A stretch of 64,000 bases of DNA. Origin: Octopus bimaculoides. Its lineage: Eukaryota. Both the position numbers and the translations under genes were made by a program. The notes beneath the pieces were generated by a model. That model had not been told where the DNA came from. It saw nothing but the letters and a program-made list of their open reading frames with translations, and ran no database searches. The stretch is from positions 19,626,272 to 19,690,271 of the forward strand of contig NC_068990.1 of the NCBI RefSeq assembly GCF_001194135.2, given 5' to 3'. Positions within the stretch are counted from its first letter, which is position 1; every line of letters begins with the position of its first letter. Of the stretch, positions 12,735-26,042 are shown piece after piece.

Positions 12735-12782
<48 letters not shown>

Positions 12783-12807
12783 CTATTATTATTATTACTA
12801 TTATCAT
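12620..12807. repeat. Imperfect (ATT)n microsatellite running into a gap
   Basis: Directly visible. Confidence 0.95.
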
Positions 12808-13027
12808 NNNNNNNNNNNNNNNNNNNNNNNNNNNNNNNNNNNNNNNNNNNNNNNNNNNNNNNNNNNNNNNNNNNNNNNNNNNNNNNNNNNNNNNNNNNNN
12901 NNNNNNNNNNNNNNNNNNNNNNNNNNNNNNNNNNNNNNNNNNNNNNNNNNNNNNNNNNNNNNNNNNNNNNNNNNNNNNNNNNNNNNNNNNNNNNNNNNNN
13001 NNNNNNNNNNNNNNNNNNNNNNNNNNN

Positions 13028-13066
<39 letters not shown>

Positions 13067-13087
13067 TATATATACTCAAGTTTTGAG

Positions 13088-13131
<44 letters not shown>

Positions 13132-13526
13132 TCAAGTTTTGAGTTAAATATTTCCTGTTTGTATCATCAAACCTATGTACACACAGATACACAGTATATA
13201 TACACATGCACATATATCTTGGTTGTTTAGTTATATGTATACAAACTATGGTATGAGTTTGAGTTATAGCTTCATATAGATCATCATTATCCATTCGACT
13301 TCGATTAGAGGGATTATTCGGTTGGTGTACGAAGCGTTGTTACTACTTATAAGATATGGAGAATGTGTTGTAGAAATGAAAATCAGCACCAGTATAAAAA
13401 TTTTGCTTCTACGTACGTTTCAGCATTGTTGTTAACTAGTTAATTGGAACTCAGCATTGGCTCCTCCGATTGCTTTTGGACGCCTAACCGCAATGGATCA
13501 TCAAGGAAACACTTTATTGCATAACG

Positions 13527-13619
<93 letters not shown>

Positions 13620-13891
13620 GTAGTCAGTGAGCGAGACGAGGAAGAGAGAGGGAGAGAATGAGAGCAATATTTACTGAGAAGGATTTAACTAGTTCTAATC
13701 AATTTAAAAGCATTTCAAATTTCTGCTGTCAGTCACCTCCTCCCTCCTTCCCTCCCTCTCTTTCTCTCCGTCTGTCTGAGAAATCTGAACGTCTCAATAA
13801 TAGCTTATGTCTCACCATCCATACTTGGTAAACTGCTTCGTCTATTGTCCATTGCGTTCGTTTATAGCTTCATTAAAACTTATTCTTCTTA

Positions 13892-13929
<38 letters not shown>

Positions 13930-14931
13930 AAAGCTGAATTTGCATTTAAAATTGCAAGTTTTTGACATATCTGAAGGACAAATTATTTTTACACTGACCA
14001 TAATTAGTTCTATTCAAAATCAGTCACAGTCCTCCAGGGAATACAGCATTCATTAGTTGAACGTTCCATCGTTGTGTTTGATATGCTCTATAGAAATCGA
14101 AATACCTGAATACTATTACTAAATGGCCTTCAAGTAAAACATTTCATTCACATCAAATGGCATGCAATGGTTACTCGGTTCCATTTGTTCCTATTGTCAT
14201 TGTTGTTGTTGTTTTCATTGTTATTGTTTTTGTTGGTATTATTAATCATTATTGTTGTTAATTCTGCTATTAATCATTCTTCTTCATCTTCTTCTTCATC
14301 TTCTTCTTCTTCTTCTTCTTCTTCTTCTTCTTCTTCTTCTTCTTTGCCTTTCATCCTTTCAGGATCGATAAAATAAGTACTAGCTGAACGTTGGGGGGGG
14401 GGGGGTGTCAATGTAATCGACTCATCTCCACCCACCAAAACTGCTGTCCTTGTGGAAAAATTTGAAACCGTTATTATTATTATTATTGAGCGAGAGAGAG
14501 AGAGCAGTACACGCCATCAAAATGACACAGCATTCAAATATACGAAGCTCTATATACCCATCATGAATAACCGACTGGCAAGGTTACACCAGGCGCATGC
14601 ATCACAAACATATGAGCGTGGAATATCAAGTTAAGCAGTGTATGACCTTGCAGTGGGGTCCACTGAGAATTTTCTTCAGGTCGATTATCCTATCCCACAG
14701 CAAAAGCTTCCTGAATAAGAGTTGTTTAAGGATGATGAACAACCAGCCATATTTCTAGAAGTGAATTTTTCAAACCCAAACATTTTATTTATTTACTTAG
14801 ATAAGTAAGGCTCTGTTATCAGGCTCCATTTAAAAATTACCATATCGATCATGTCTGCACAATTATTATGTAATCATGAAAACGAAAAAAAAAAAAATTT
14901 ATTATTATAATTATTATTATTATTACAGTTG

Positions 14932-15115
14932 GCTGGCGAGCTGGCAGAATCGTTAGCACGCCTGGAAAATGCTTAGCGGCATTTCGATTGACTTTACTTT
15001 GTGAGTTCAAATTCTGCCGAGGTCAACTTTGGCTTTTATCCTTTCGGCGTCGATAAAATAAGTCGATTACATCGACTTACTCACAGTCCCGAAATTGCTG
15101 GGCTTGTACCAACAT
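14932..15115 (+). mobile_element. Family A SINE
   Basis: GGCGAGCTGGCAGAATCGTTAGCACG...GAGTTCAAATTCTGCCGAGGTCAACTTT. Confidence 0.88.
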
Positions 15116-15122
15116 TTTAAAC

Positions 15123-15139
<17 letters not shown>

Positions 15140-15156
<17 letters not shown>

Positions 15157-15720
15157 TCAAAATAACATCGACCAAATGGAAACTTCCTTATAGAAGGAAT
15201 GGACAAATACATTCCTTCTGTTGCCCGAGGTGACGATTGCCTGTCGAGAATCAGCCATTCTTTCCTTTGTTTCAAACTGTCATCAATTTTTATAGTCGTT
15301 GACATTGCAGTGATGAAGTCTTTGTGTTCACGATGAGACAGGTGAGAAGGAATCATATTGATAGCGACAGGTTAGCAGCTCTGAAGTTTGTCTCTTTCGA
15401 TCAGTGGATGTGGCAATCATGCACCAAGTGGTTGGACCTTACCTATCAAGTGAATGTGACAGATGAGGATATCATAGAAACATCTTATCTACTGGACAAC
15501 TTCCATGGTCAACTGGTGAGGATCTTCATGAATGAACATGTCCAGTCGATCCTCATTGAACTGAACGGAGAGTCTGTTATTTCGGAGTTCCTCTCTTGTA
15601 GCATGCAGGCAATTTACTGTGCTGTTCTTTCAGTAATAGCGTCGGTACACAGCAGAAATGTCACGCATAGCTTTGACAGCTTTCGACCTTCTCGACACAC
15701 GTCGGTCTAGATATTAGACG
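15140..15720 (-). mobile_element. Decayed mariner transposase fragment
   Basis: Minus-strand frame reads QFNEDRLDMFIHEDPHQLTMEVVQ*...HIHLIGKVQPLGA*LPHPL...KQRKEWL. It matches mariner FDEDRL...EDPRQTT.E, GKV-KLG-WVPH and KQRKEWL, with in-frame stops. Confidence 0.85.
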
Positions 15721-16679
15721 TTGGTAAACTTTTAAGTACACATAACACTGCGCATATCGCTTGCACTATCACACACATATCATGTGCAATATTTTATGTT
15801 TGTAAAATAGTAAAATTGAAGCCAATAAAAAGTCTTACTTTTACGTTTTTCGTAATAAAAGTAAAAACAAAATAAAAGCATTCATCATTCAGGGAGGATT
15901 AATTCTGCATTGTGGTATATGAATATCTTAGACTTCAACAGAATAATGATTTATCAAGACTTGGCAAATGACCAGTATCTCTGGTGATACCGAATAGTTC
16001 TTTAGGTAGACACAAATATATAATTGAAAACCCTTTTATCGATTTATGTACGACTACATTGTGACTTAAACTCCTAATGCACAGAATAGAGATTAGAGGC
16101 TCGATATACGACGCGTTATTGCTATATCGCGCTATTTCGTGGAAGAATAACAATTTTTAAGATGGTAGTCTTTATGAAGTATCTTCATTTTTGCCCTTCT
16201 CTGTCGTTGGTCGACGCTAACGCAGGGGCTGTAACTGTATTTCTTACTCTTGATTTCTTCCTTTCATTTCTTCCTGAAGAGCATCTTTCGTGGCTGGTGA
16301 GTCACACATGCGCTTGATTAACAGCGTTGTGATAACCTTTAAGATAAATAAGCGTGTGTTTAGGGCACCAGTGTTATTGGGGCACCACAGATATGGCCAA
16401 TGGTTTACTGTCGAAAAGAAATCAATTGAAACTTGTTAAAATAATATATGCGAAGTGACTTATATAATTGGAAATATAATTTCGAAGTGTTTATGGTGTC
16501 ATAGTGAAAATCTGATGAAAGACTTTGCAATTAAAAAAAATGGAGAATAAATCTTTTCAAATATAAATAAAGTTGATGTATACAGAAATATACATTGTTT
16601 TCCATCATACGGTTAGTTTCGTAATATAAAAATTTATTCTATGGTTTATTATTGTGTATATTTGAATTACATATGTATG

Positions 16680-16975
16680 GGAGAACCCAAATCTTTTAAG
16701 AACTTAAGGGTTGTATATGTCTTAGTGCGACCATGGCTTCTGTCCCTACCTGCTGAACAGTTGAAGCAGCAGTGTCTTCCATTGTTGTACACTTATATTC
16801 TTGTCTTGCCTCCTCAGCATTTTGAATGCAGGTATGATCATAAGCTTTGGCTCCTCTGTTCACGGTTAAACTCCACTCGCTGCGGTCCTTTGCCGATTCT
16901 TTCCACCTTCTTTTTATCGATGGAGGACTCTTTTCATCAATGTCCTATGCTCCTTTCATCAGTTAATCCCCCGTA
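16680..16975 (-). mobile_element. RTE-clade LINE, C-terminal/3' remnant
   Basis: Minus strand RWKESAKDRSEWSLTVNRGAKAYDHTCIQNAEEARQEYK resembles the RTE C-terminal WE-LA-DRS-WR--V--GA--FE---I--AEE-RQ-RK motif; frameshifted. Confidence 0.7.
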
Positions 16976-16981
16976 GTAGGA

Positions 16982-17126
16982 GCAGGCATGGCTGTGTGCT
17001 AAGGAAGTATATTTTGAAACTACATGGCTCCGCGTTCAGTTTCACTGCGTGGCACCTTGGGCTATAGTCTCTGGCCAACCAAGGCCTTGTGGGTGGATTT
17101 TGTAAACGCAAACTGAAAGAAACCCG

Positions 17127-17162
<36 letters not shown>

Positions 17163-17345
17163 ACACGCTCGCGCGCTTGTGCGTTTGTCTTTGTGCTTTT
17201 TTGTTCCTCACAACCACCTGACAACCGGTGTTGGTGTGTTTACGTTTCTATAATCTAGTGGTTCGGCAAAAGAAACCAAGAGAATGAGTACCAAGCTAAA
17301 AGGCGTTGCTCCAGCATGGCTGCAATCTAATGACTGAAGTAAGAT
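16982..17345 (+). mobile_element. Family C SINE, near full length, with an internal (TG)n
   Basis: GCAGGCATGGCTGTGTG head, CACCTTGGGC core, (TG)n at ~17127-17161, tail ACAACCGGTGTTGGTGTGTTTACG...GCTCCAGCATGGCTGCA.TC.AATGACTGAA. Confidence 0.9.
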
Positions 17346-17545
17346 AGTCTCTGAAGTATGTTGCTAGCATACAAATAAATGAAACTTTTCCTGATAAGGC
17401 AAGATTTCTGTAAGGAAGACAATGGAGGCAATGAATAAGGAAAATCCAGGTGAATTTTATCTGACCAAATTTTATTTTTATCTGTCTCGCATTTGGAAAG
17501 CTAAATTATTGAAGTGAATTTATTCAAGATTTGAATTCAGATTAG

Positions 17546-17893
17546 ATGTTGGCACTCCGTCGCTTGTGATGACGAGGGTTCCAGTTGATCCGATCAACGG
17601 AACAGCCTGCTCGTGAAATTAACGTGCAGGTGGCTGAGCACTCCACAGACACGTGTACCCTTAACGTAATTCTCGGAGATATTCAGCGTGACACAGTGTG
17701 ACAAGGCTGACCCTTTGAATTACAGGCACAACAGAAACAGGAAGTAAGAGTGAGAGAAAGTTGTGGTGAAAGAGTACAGCAGGGTTCGCCACCATCCCCT
17801 ACGGAGCCTCATGGAGCTTTAGGTGTTTTCGCTAAATAAACACTCACAACGCCGGGTCTGGGAATCGAAACCACTGGGCCATTGCGCCTCCAC
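17546..17893 (-). mobile_element. tRNA-derived SINE family B with a 9-bp target-site duplication
   Basis: Head GGAGGCGCAATGGCCCAGTGG and B box GGTTTCGATTCCC on the minus strand; flanked by TCAGATTAG at 17537-17545 and 17894-17902; internal deletion between the A and B boxes. Confidence 0.9.
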
Positions 17894-18443
17894 TCAGATT
17901 AGTATGCTTCGAAAATAAAATGAAGCAGTCACTCAAGACTGCCTGACATCTCTATCTTTCTATCCTTATAGGGTTAGGAGAATATTTCGCTATACAGAAC
18001 AACATGAAAGTCGCGAAATAGTAATAATTAAAATAAAAGTACATCACTTGTGAGCTTAATTAATAATGACACAAACTAAGTTAAAATACTACAATATTCA
18101 ATCGAGGAAACTTAATGTGTAAAGTAATTAGACACATTACTATAGTTTTATCAGAGTCGAAACTTCACACGTTGGCTTTGCAGCTAACTTACTTATGACC
18201 TTATAGGTTATAGGCATCAAGTCGGCCAAAACACTTTTATTATGATATTTTGCCAAAACTTCTTCCCTATGTCATTTACAATGTTTTAATTATTGAGAAA
18301 ATAGACAGGAGTTTACTCTTCCTTTAGAGGTCAAGAAAAAAAGTACTTTATAATTTGACAGCTGCTGTGTTAATAAAATAATAAATACAATTTTCAATGC
18401 TATCAACACAAATTCGCTCGTCTTCACGTTTCCATGGGAGGTA

Positions 18444-18489
<46 letters not shown>

Positions 18490-20715
18490 CTAAAGTTTGG
18501 CGTTGTTCGTAAATTATCCGGAATATCTATGTCGAGGGTTACTACATGAACACAAACAAACAACGAATTCAGTTTTGTTGCTTTGAGTAAATGAGAAAGG
18601 AAAGCAATGTCGCCCCGAATTAAACTTGCCATCGATATGCCTGCTTTGAAAATAATATCAATAAGATTGCTTACCTGATATCTGTATGTATCTCTCGCTC
18701 TCTCTCACTCTCTGTCTACACATGTGTGAGTGTATGCGTGTGAAGAAATATATGTGTATGTCTATATGTATGTCTCTTTCTCTCCCCCTCTCTCTCTCAA
18801 TATATATATATATATATATATCTATTATATATATATATATGTCCATGTACACGTAAATGTATTAGGTAGCTAGTTTCGAACTGAAATTATTCAATTCTGT
18901 TAGTTAAAATTCTCTCCTCAACTTGACATGTTTTCATTTGCTCGCTATAGTTTGTGTCCAGTATCAGAGTTATTCCCACAGTATTGTAGACTAATTACAG
19001 ATTTGCAACATCGGAGCAGTTAAACCTGCACCCCGTGCATAATTATGTGCTTGCATAAATTACAGTAAAAGAAATCTATTTTGAATCTTTGCTCTTGGAA
19101 ACAGAACACTTGGTAGTCAAGTCGGAGGTAACAAAAAATAGCTTTTCTCTGACACTTCATAGAAATGAACAGTTAACAACAATAATTGCCCAAAAACAAC
19201 GGAGCATTTAAACATCATTTTGATGGTGTTTTTGATGTCTGGTTTTATGACTTCATTCTAGCCTCTTCTTCCTCTCTCTACCTCTAATGATTTATTTCTC
19301 TACTACACTAATTATAGATTGTGACAGTTCAATTCTTATTCTCCGACCTGCGATACAGTGACGACCCATAAAGTTAGCATTAATTTGTAAGAGTACAACA
19401 AGCGAACTGTTGACCATAAATCGTCCTTTATACAATGTTATCTTTCTGCTGAATCACAGTTTATTCCCATATTTATCACAATACCAGAAGACAACCACGC
19501 AATCTTATGGTTCAATCTGTCAACACTTACAGTATATGTGTGCACTCATGTATTTAGTGTTTCGAGCTGTGGTCTCCTTGATATCTTCACTTCTTAATCG
19601 TGAGGCGTCGAAGAATTACAGAAAAATACACATTTGCCTGTATACATAAATCAAGAGATATAAACATACGTTGATACATACATATCTACAGATACATTGA
19701 TGTATAAATATATGTGACAACGAACATTGATAATTCTCTCACTTTTAATTCTGTGGCTTAATTTATCTACATACATTTTCTACAAGCTTTGGAATTAAAC
19801 GTGCATTTCTTAATTCCGCAAATTAAGTACTTTCTTTGGGTTTAGAGATATGATTGAAGTAAAGTATTATTGATTAGCGATAGAAACTACACAGCTTTTT
19901 GAAACGACATTTTTACAGTCATTTAAAATAAATGTCTTTTTTTATACATCTCTTACTATAATCACAATTTCTATGTATTTTAAGTTTGAAAGCGATAAGG
20001 AGCAGAGTGCATTATAAACGTTTTCTCATAACAATGTAGCTGAAGATGTCGAATTCTATAATTAAAATCTTTGATTAAGACTGAAAAGAATTTTAAAGTT
20101 TTCGAGAAGTCTTTGTTCAATATTTTTAATCGTTTGCATATATTTCTCAATCAATCAAAATCCGTGATCTTTCGGAGCTCTAAACTTTAAGCAGAAGTTA
20201 CTTAGCTCCCACTCTTTCTAACAAGTCATCAACAAAACTTCTTTTTTCCAACATCATCTCTCTGTTAAATTCTGGAATTAACACACAGAAATATGGATAT
20301 ATTTAAGTCAAAATATATGGATTCAACTAATTCAGAGGTGCTTATAAAAAAAAAGAAGCTCCTTCATGTAGCATTCTACAAATCATATAGAATATATACA
20401 ACGATACAAGAGAAAAGCATAAGGAGTAAAAACGTCATGTCCAGTGATTATTGGTCTAACGTAGATCCACCCCCCCTACACACACGCACACGCACACACG
20501 CGCGCGCGAGGAGCTAGCTTAATATCTGCATTAATTTAAAGATTGTTTATATGCATACAGAAATGTAAGTAATTTAATTTTTATAAAATATAATAAAATA
20601 ACTTATCTTTGCATGTTTTAAGTCGGGAAACAATTGTTGTGATATGAGAATTTCCAATGACTAAATCAATTTCATCAAACTATTTTCACTCGATATTTAT
20701 AACTTTATATTATAT

Positions 20716-20758
<43 letters not shown>

Positions 20759-20897
20759 GAACAGCCCTAATCTCTCTCTTTCTCACTATCTATCTATTTT
20801 CATATATGTATTTGTATGTGTGAATGTAGGCATGTACGTATGTATGGGCATATACCTGCATGTATATATATTTGTATATACACATGTATCTGTGTGT

Positions 20898-21378
20898 GGA
20901 GGCGCAATGGCCCAGTGGTTAGGGCAGCGGANNNNNNNNNNNNNNNNNNNNNNNNNNNNNNNNNNNNNNNNNNNNNNNNNNNNNNNNNNNNNNNNNNNNN
21001 NNNNNNNNNNNNNNNNNNNNNNNNNNNNNNNNNNNNNNNNNNNNNNNNNNNNNNNNNNNNNNNNNNNNNNNNNNNNNNNNNNNNNNTGAGCGAAACACCT
21101 AAAGCTCCACGAGGCTCCGGCAGGGGATGGTGGCGAACCCTGCTGTACTCTTTCACCACAACTTTCTCTCACTCTTACTTCCTGTTTCTGTTGTGCCTGT
21201 AATTCAAAGGGTCAGCCTTGTCACACTGTGTCACGCTGAATCTCCCCGAGAACTACGTTAAGGGTACACATGTCTGTGGAGTGCTCAGCCACTTGCACGT
21301 GAATTTCACGAGCAGGCAGCCCCGTTGATCAGATCAACTGGAACCCTCGTCGTCGTAAGCGACAGAGTGCCAACAACA
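20898..21378 (+). mobile_element. Family B SINE, spans a gap
   Basis: GGAGGCGCAATGGCCCAGTGGTTAGGGCAGCGG[N]...AAAGCTCCACGAGGCTCCGG...GGAACCCTCGTCGTCGTAAGCGACAGAGTGCCAACA; near-identical to the 17546 copy in opposite orientation. Confidence 0.92.
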
Positions 21379-23199
21379 TCTGTGTAGTCGTGTGTGCGAG
21401 TATGTGTGTGTATGGTTTTGTGGAACAAGTGAGTTGCTGGTTTCCGGGTTCCGATTACCATCAAAATGGGTCATTTTTCTCGATTCTCCGATAAAAGCTG
21501 AACAAATGACTGTATAATAATAGATTATCAGTTGTATCATAAATCAAAACTCTCCACTTGACGCTACTCCAGTCCACTGACGTAAGAATGATCACCGTTG
21601 AGTGTTGTGTGAAACGATAAGCCTTCAATTGACTGGGGTTCCATTCACGATGAAGCTTTCTACTCTTAGTCTCTTAAACGCAACGAGAAGCTCTCAACTA
21701 ATGGATTTATATTTGCGAAATCTCAGATTACAGTACGCACATATTAGTGTGTGTGTGATTTGTGCACATGTAGTTATATATATGTGTGTGTGTGTTTTGA
21801 TGCAAACACACAAATGCACACACACACTCATTCGTAGATATATAAACATATCTTGCAAGGTGTCTGCGAGCGTGGCTATGTACCTATGTACGTGTGTTTA
21901 TTTGATTAAGTGTACGTATATTTCTATATATATGTATATAAATATTTAGAAAAATGTGTCTGTGTGTATTTAGCTACCTATATTTATAAGTATGTTTATC
22001 ACTATTTCTATTGACATTTGCCCAGGCACAGAGATACCTTCATAGATACACAAGCTTACATATAAAGATACGTGCGTATATATACATATATATACATATA
22101 TAGACGTCTGTGTAATGAATGTATTTATAAGATATAGAGGAGTGAGTGTCAGAGAGAAATTGAAGGAGAGAATGCGAGTTAGAGGTAATTTTCTTTATGT
22201 AAATTTAATTTGCATGAAGTATTTTCCATTTCACATTGGCACTCAAACGCTTTCAGTCAACAATATCTATGAAAAATAAAGAAATATATATGTAAAGTAT
22301 ATATTAAATGTTTGGTCTAATTAGTGTGAAGTTTCAAACAATTTATCTACACTTTTTAGATAAGTATTTACTCGAGGCTAGGATTTTTAGAAATAAATCT
22401 ACAATATATTTTATTACATTTTCTATGTTGATTAGATTTTCTTGTATTGACAAGAGAGTTACTCTTATATTTCTTCCTTCTTACTATGTTTAAGTTCTTA
22501 GCTGTTTTTCTTTCTTTGCTTGTTGTAACAAAATTCTGATATAAACTCTGGAAAATTATATGAATATATGAATTCTTCAAAGGAAGAGAACAAATATATT
22601 TTTTAAAGATATAATTGACGAACATTCATTCCTAATACCAATCAACTCTGTATATATCGAATATACCGGCTTTATGTATTCGTATATTTCTTTTATTATT
22701 CTTGATATTAACCAAATTACATACTGATATCCTAGCTAATACTGATGCCATATTTTTTGGAACCTAATTAAAACGATCAAACGTTGAGAATTCTACATCT
22801 CTGTACAACCCACAAGGATTAACAGCATATCTGCATCTATGACACCTTGTTTAACAAGCTTATTACATATTTTAAATCTACATATTCTAAAATAGCCGAT
22901 GGTTATCACTGGAATTACTTTGATCATAAGTATTCTAGATTATGCTAGATTTCGTCCTAAGCATGAACGATACGATTTTCATTCAACATGTTTTGCACAA
23001 GCTTGTAATCAACAGATATATTTTCACCAGATCATACGTATATTTACTCTTACATCATTTAGCATATCTTATGATTTAGGAATAGTTGCAAATTAACCTC
23101 GTTCGAGCATACCACAGTTATATTAGGAGGACAAAGCACTACGTATGAGCTACAGATCCATCATTTCTGATATGCGCCGAACTATCACAATCCTATGAA

Positions 23200-23545
23200 G
23201 GGGCGTGAGTTAGTGTTTAGGGTGTTCGTTTGCTTTTATTTATGTCATCAATCTAGGTCGTAAGGTGGTGAGTTCAATTCCCAGTGATGCGTTGTGCCCT
23301 TGAACAATACGCTTTATTTCACGTTACTCCATTCCACCCACCTGGAAAAAAATGAGTTCTACCTGTATTTCAAAGGACCAGCCTTGTCATATTCTGTGTC
23401 AGGCTGATTCTCCCTGAAAATTATGTTACAGGTACACAGATCTGTGGAGTGTTCAGCCACTTGCGCGTTAGTTTAATGAGGAAACTTTTCCCTGGATCGG
23501 ATCAATTGGAACCATTGTCGTAACAGACGGAGTGTCACAACAATC
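23200..23545 (+). mobile_element. Family B-related SINE, older copy
   Basis: GAGTTCAATTCCC B box; TGTGCCCTTGAACAA..CTTTATTTCACGTT.CTCCA core; CAGCCTTGTCA...CAGCCACTTGC tail. Confidence 0.8.
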
Positions 23546-23624
23546 CTGAAAAAAACTGAAATCAAGTAAGTCAAGAATGATGGATTTGTAGGACATCGGC
23601 TTCCTAATATAACTGTGCCCGAAA

Positions 23625-23765
23625 GGCGGTGAGCTGGCAGAAACGTTAGCACGCCGGACGAAATGCTTAGATGTATTTCGTCTGTCTTTACGTTCTGAAT
23701 TCAAATTCCGCCGAGGTCGACTTTGCCTTTCATCCTTTCGGCATCGATAAATTAAATGCCAGTGG
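23625..23765 (+). mobile_element. Family A SINE, 5' part
   Basis: GGCGGTGAGCTGGCAGAAACGTTAGCACGCCGGACGAAATGCTTAG...GAATTCAAATTCCGCCGAGGTCGACTTTGCC. Confidence 0.9.
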
Positions 23766-24699
23766 CGTACTAGAGTCACTCATCAAATTGCGGTCATCCT
23801 GGAGCACCACTTTGGAGGGTTTCGTCCAGCAAATTGACCTCAGTACTTATTTTAAATCCGGTACTTATTTTAAACACTAAGTTATGAGGACGCAAACAAA
23901 TCAACAATGTGTGTTGTGCTATGGGATGAGACCAATACAAATACACACATGCACACATATACACATATACATACACACATATATACATACATGAAAGGTT
24001 TACGCACAGTTTCTGTCTACCAGCATCACTCTTAAGCCATTGATCGGACCGGAGCTAGAGTTATCGCACAGGGGGACTGAATTCAAAACCTCGCGGTTGC
24101 AAATCTACCTTCTTAATCACAAAACCATGCTTGTTAATTTTTTATTGAAGTAACTATAAGGAAGTCTTATCAAATGAAATTACGTTGTACCTTGGTGTAT
24201 CACCACTCATGATACCGTACATTGATATGACGAAGTCAAATTCTTATCCTGGCAAAGGGGGAAGAGTAAGGTTTTGTTTTTTTTTAAAGACACTTTTAAG
24301 CTATAAGTAATGTACCCAGTTGAAATAATTTATATTAGAAAAAGTCAGACCGTGTGTAAAAGACCAGTGTTTTACCTACCTATTATAATGCTCCCTTGAC
24401 ACATGGCACCCTTTTCAGCTACAATACAGAACGAACGCTTTTATTGATTACCATACTGTATCTTCTGAAATACTGTAGTTAATTTCATGTAGAACCGTAG
24501 TGAGCAGAAACTCGATAGGGGTCGAGCGAAGAGCAAAGGAAATCTTTAGAGGAAGAAATCCTATCAAACAGATTCCAGCCCGTTACCTCCTGACATTGTA
24601 AGAGAGCCGAGTCAACCTTGATAGTGCTCGTGGGTGTTGTCCTGCTGTTATTCAAATACTTTCTTCGGTGGGGATTGAACTCACTTTATTTGTGAGTAA

Positions 24700-24915
24700 T
24701 ATTGGTTTCAAACTTTGGTACAAGGCCAGCAATATCGGGGAAGGGAATAAGTCGATTACATCGACCTCAGCGCACAACTTGTACTTATTTTATCGACCCC
24801 CGAGAGGATGAAAGGCAAAATAAACGTCGGCGCAATTTGAACCCAGAACGTAAAGGCAGACGAAATGACGCTAAACTTTTTGTCTGGCCTGCTAACGATT
24901 CTGCCAGCTCGCCCC
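24700..24915 (-). mobile_element. Family A SINE
   Basis: Reverse complement matches the family A head and central domain. Confidence 0.85.
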
Positions 24916-25139
24916 CTTATTTGTGAGGAATATTAACATATTTTAATCACAGAGATAACTAACGTTTAAAAAGATGAAAGGGGAAACAAGTTGTCAATAT
25001 CAGATAATGCATCATTACATTTAATGGCTTTAAGTTCTTTAAATGCTTATGTTTATCATTTTGAAGAAGGCCGGCTGCATTTGACAGATAAATAGAATGG
25101 TTCCTCAACATTTGCTGTCGTAATCCTCAATGACGTAAA

Positions 25140-25900
25140 CCCGATACTACAATTTCTGCTGATGACAATGGGCGTAATGATTATGATGAGGATGTTGAAA
25201 ATTAATGATCATGCGGATGTGACGGAGTCAGTGATTATGATTATGGAAAACGTGCTCATGCTGATGGTATCCTGATGGTATGGCGATTACGATGATGATA
25301 TTGACAAATTTTAGTGACGATGACGATAAATATGAGTGCCTTGGCAATCATCTTCAATATTATCATCATCATCATCGTCACCATCATGGTGATGGTCATT
25401 GTCGTCGCCCAGGTCATCGCCGTCGTCGTCATTATCATCATCATCACCATCATCATCGTCACCGTCATCATCATCACCACTGTTGTCGCCATCGTCGTTG
25501 TGATCATCGTCATCGTTGTCATCCTCCTCCCCATCATCATCATCATCATCTTGATCCTCACAACCATCACCATCACTAGCACAAGCACCGACATCATCAT
25601 CATCTCCTCCTCCTCCTCCTCCTCCGTATCATCAGCATCGTCATAACTAAACTTAACGTTGTGACATCAAAATTGAACCTGGCAACAATACTATGTAAAA
25701 GGAACATAATGAGGATAATTGTGATTAAAGCAATAATACGGATTAAGGTAAGAATATCAGTGAAAGTGAAAGTGAAAATAACATAACCCCGCCCCACCAT
25801 CATTGTTCATTGTTGCAGCCAAAAAAATTTATATGAAACTAAATGATGATGATGATGGTCATGACGATAAGAAGGAGGAGGAGGTCTACGAGGAAGAAGA
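25140..25900. repeat. Degenerate (CAT/CGT/GAT)n trinucleotide low-complexity tract
   Basis: Directly visible; produces spurious poly-His/Ile/Met ORFs in several frames. Confidence 0.9.
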
Positions 25901-25997
25901 ATATAGCGACAAAAATGGTGTCGAATCCGATAATTTTGATGACGTCAACGATAAAAACGAATTTCTCATACTAAAGTAAATGTAGCATGTATGTATT

Positions 25998-26042
<45 letters not shown>

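Noticed and set aside
13060-13150. Duplicated (TA)n-CTCAAGTTTTGAGTTA unit
   Set aside because: Adjacent to a gap and embedded in (TA)n; slippage or assembly artefact cannot be excluded.
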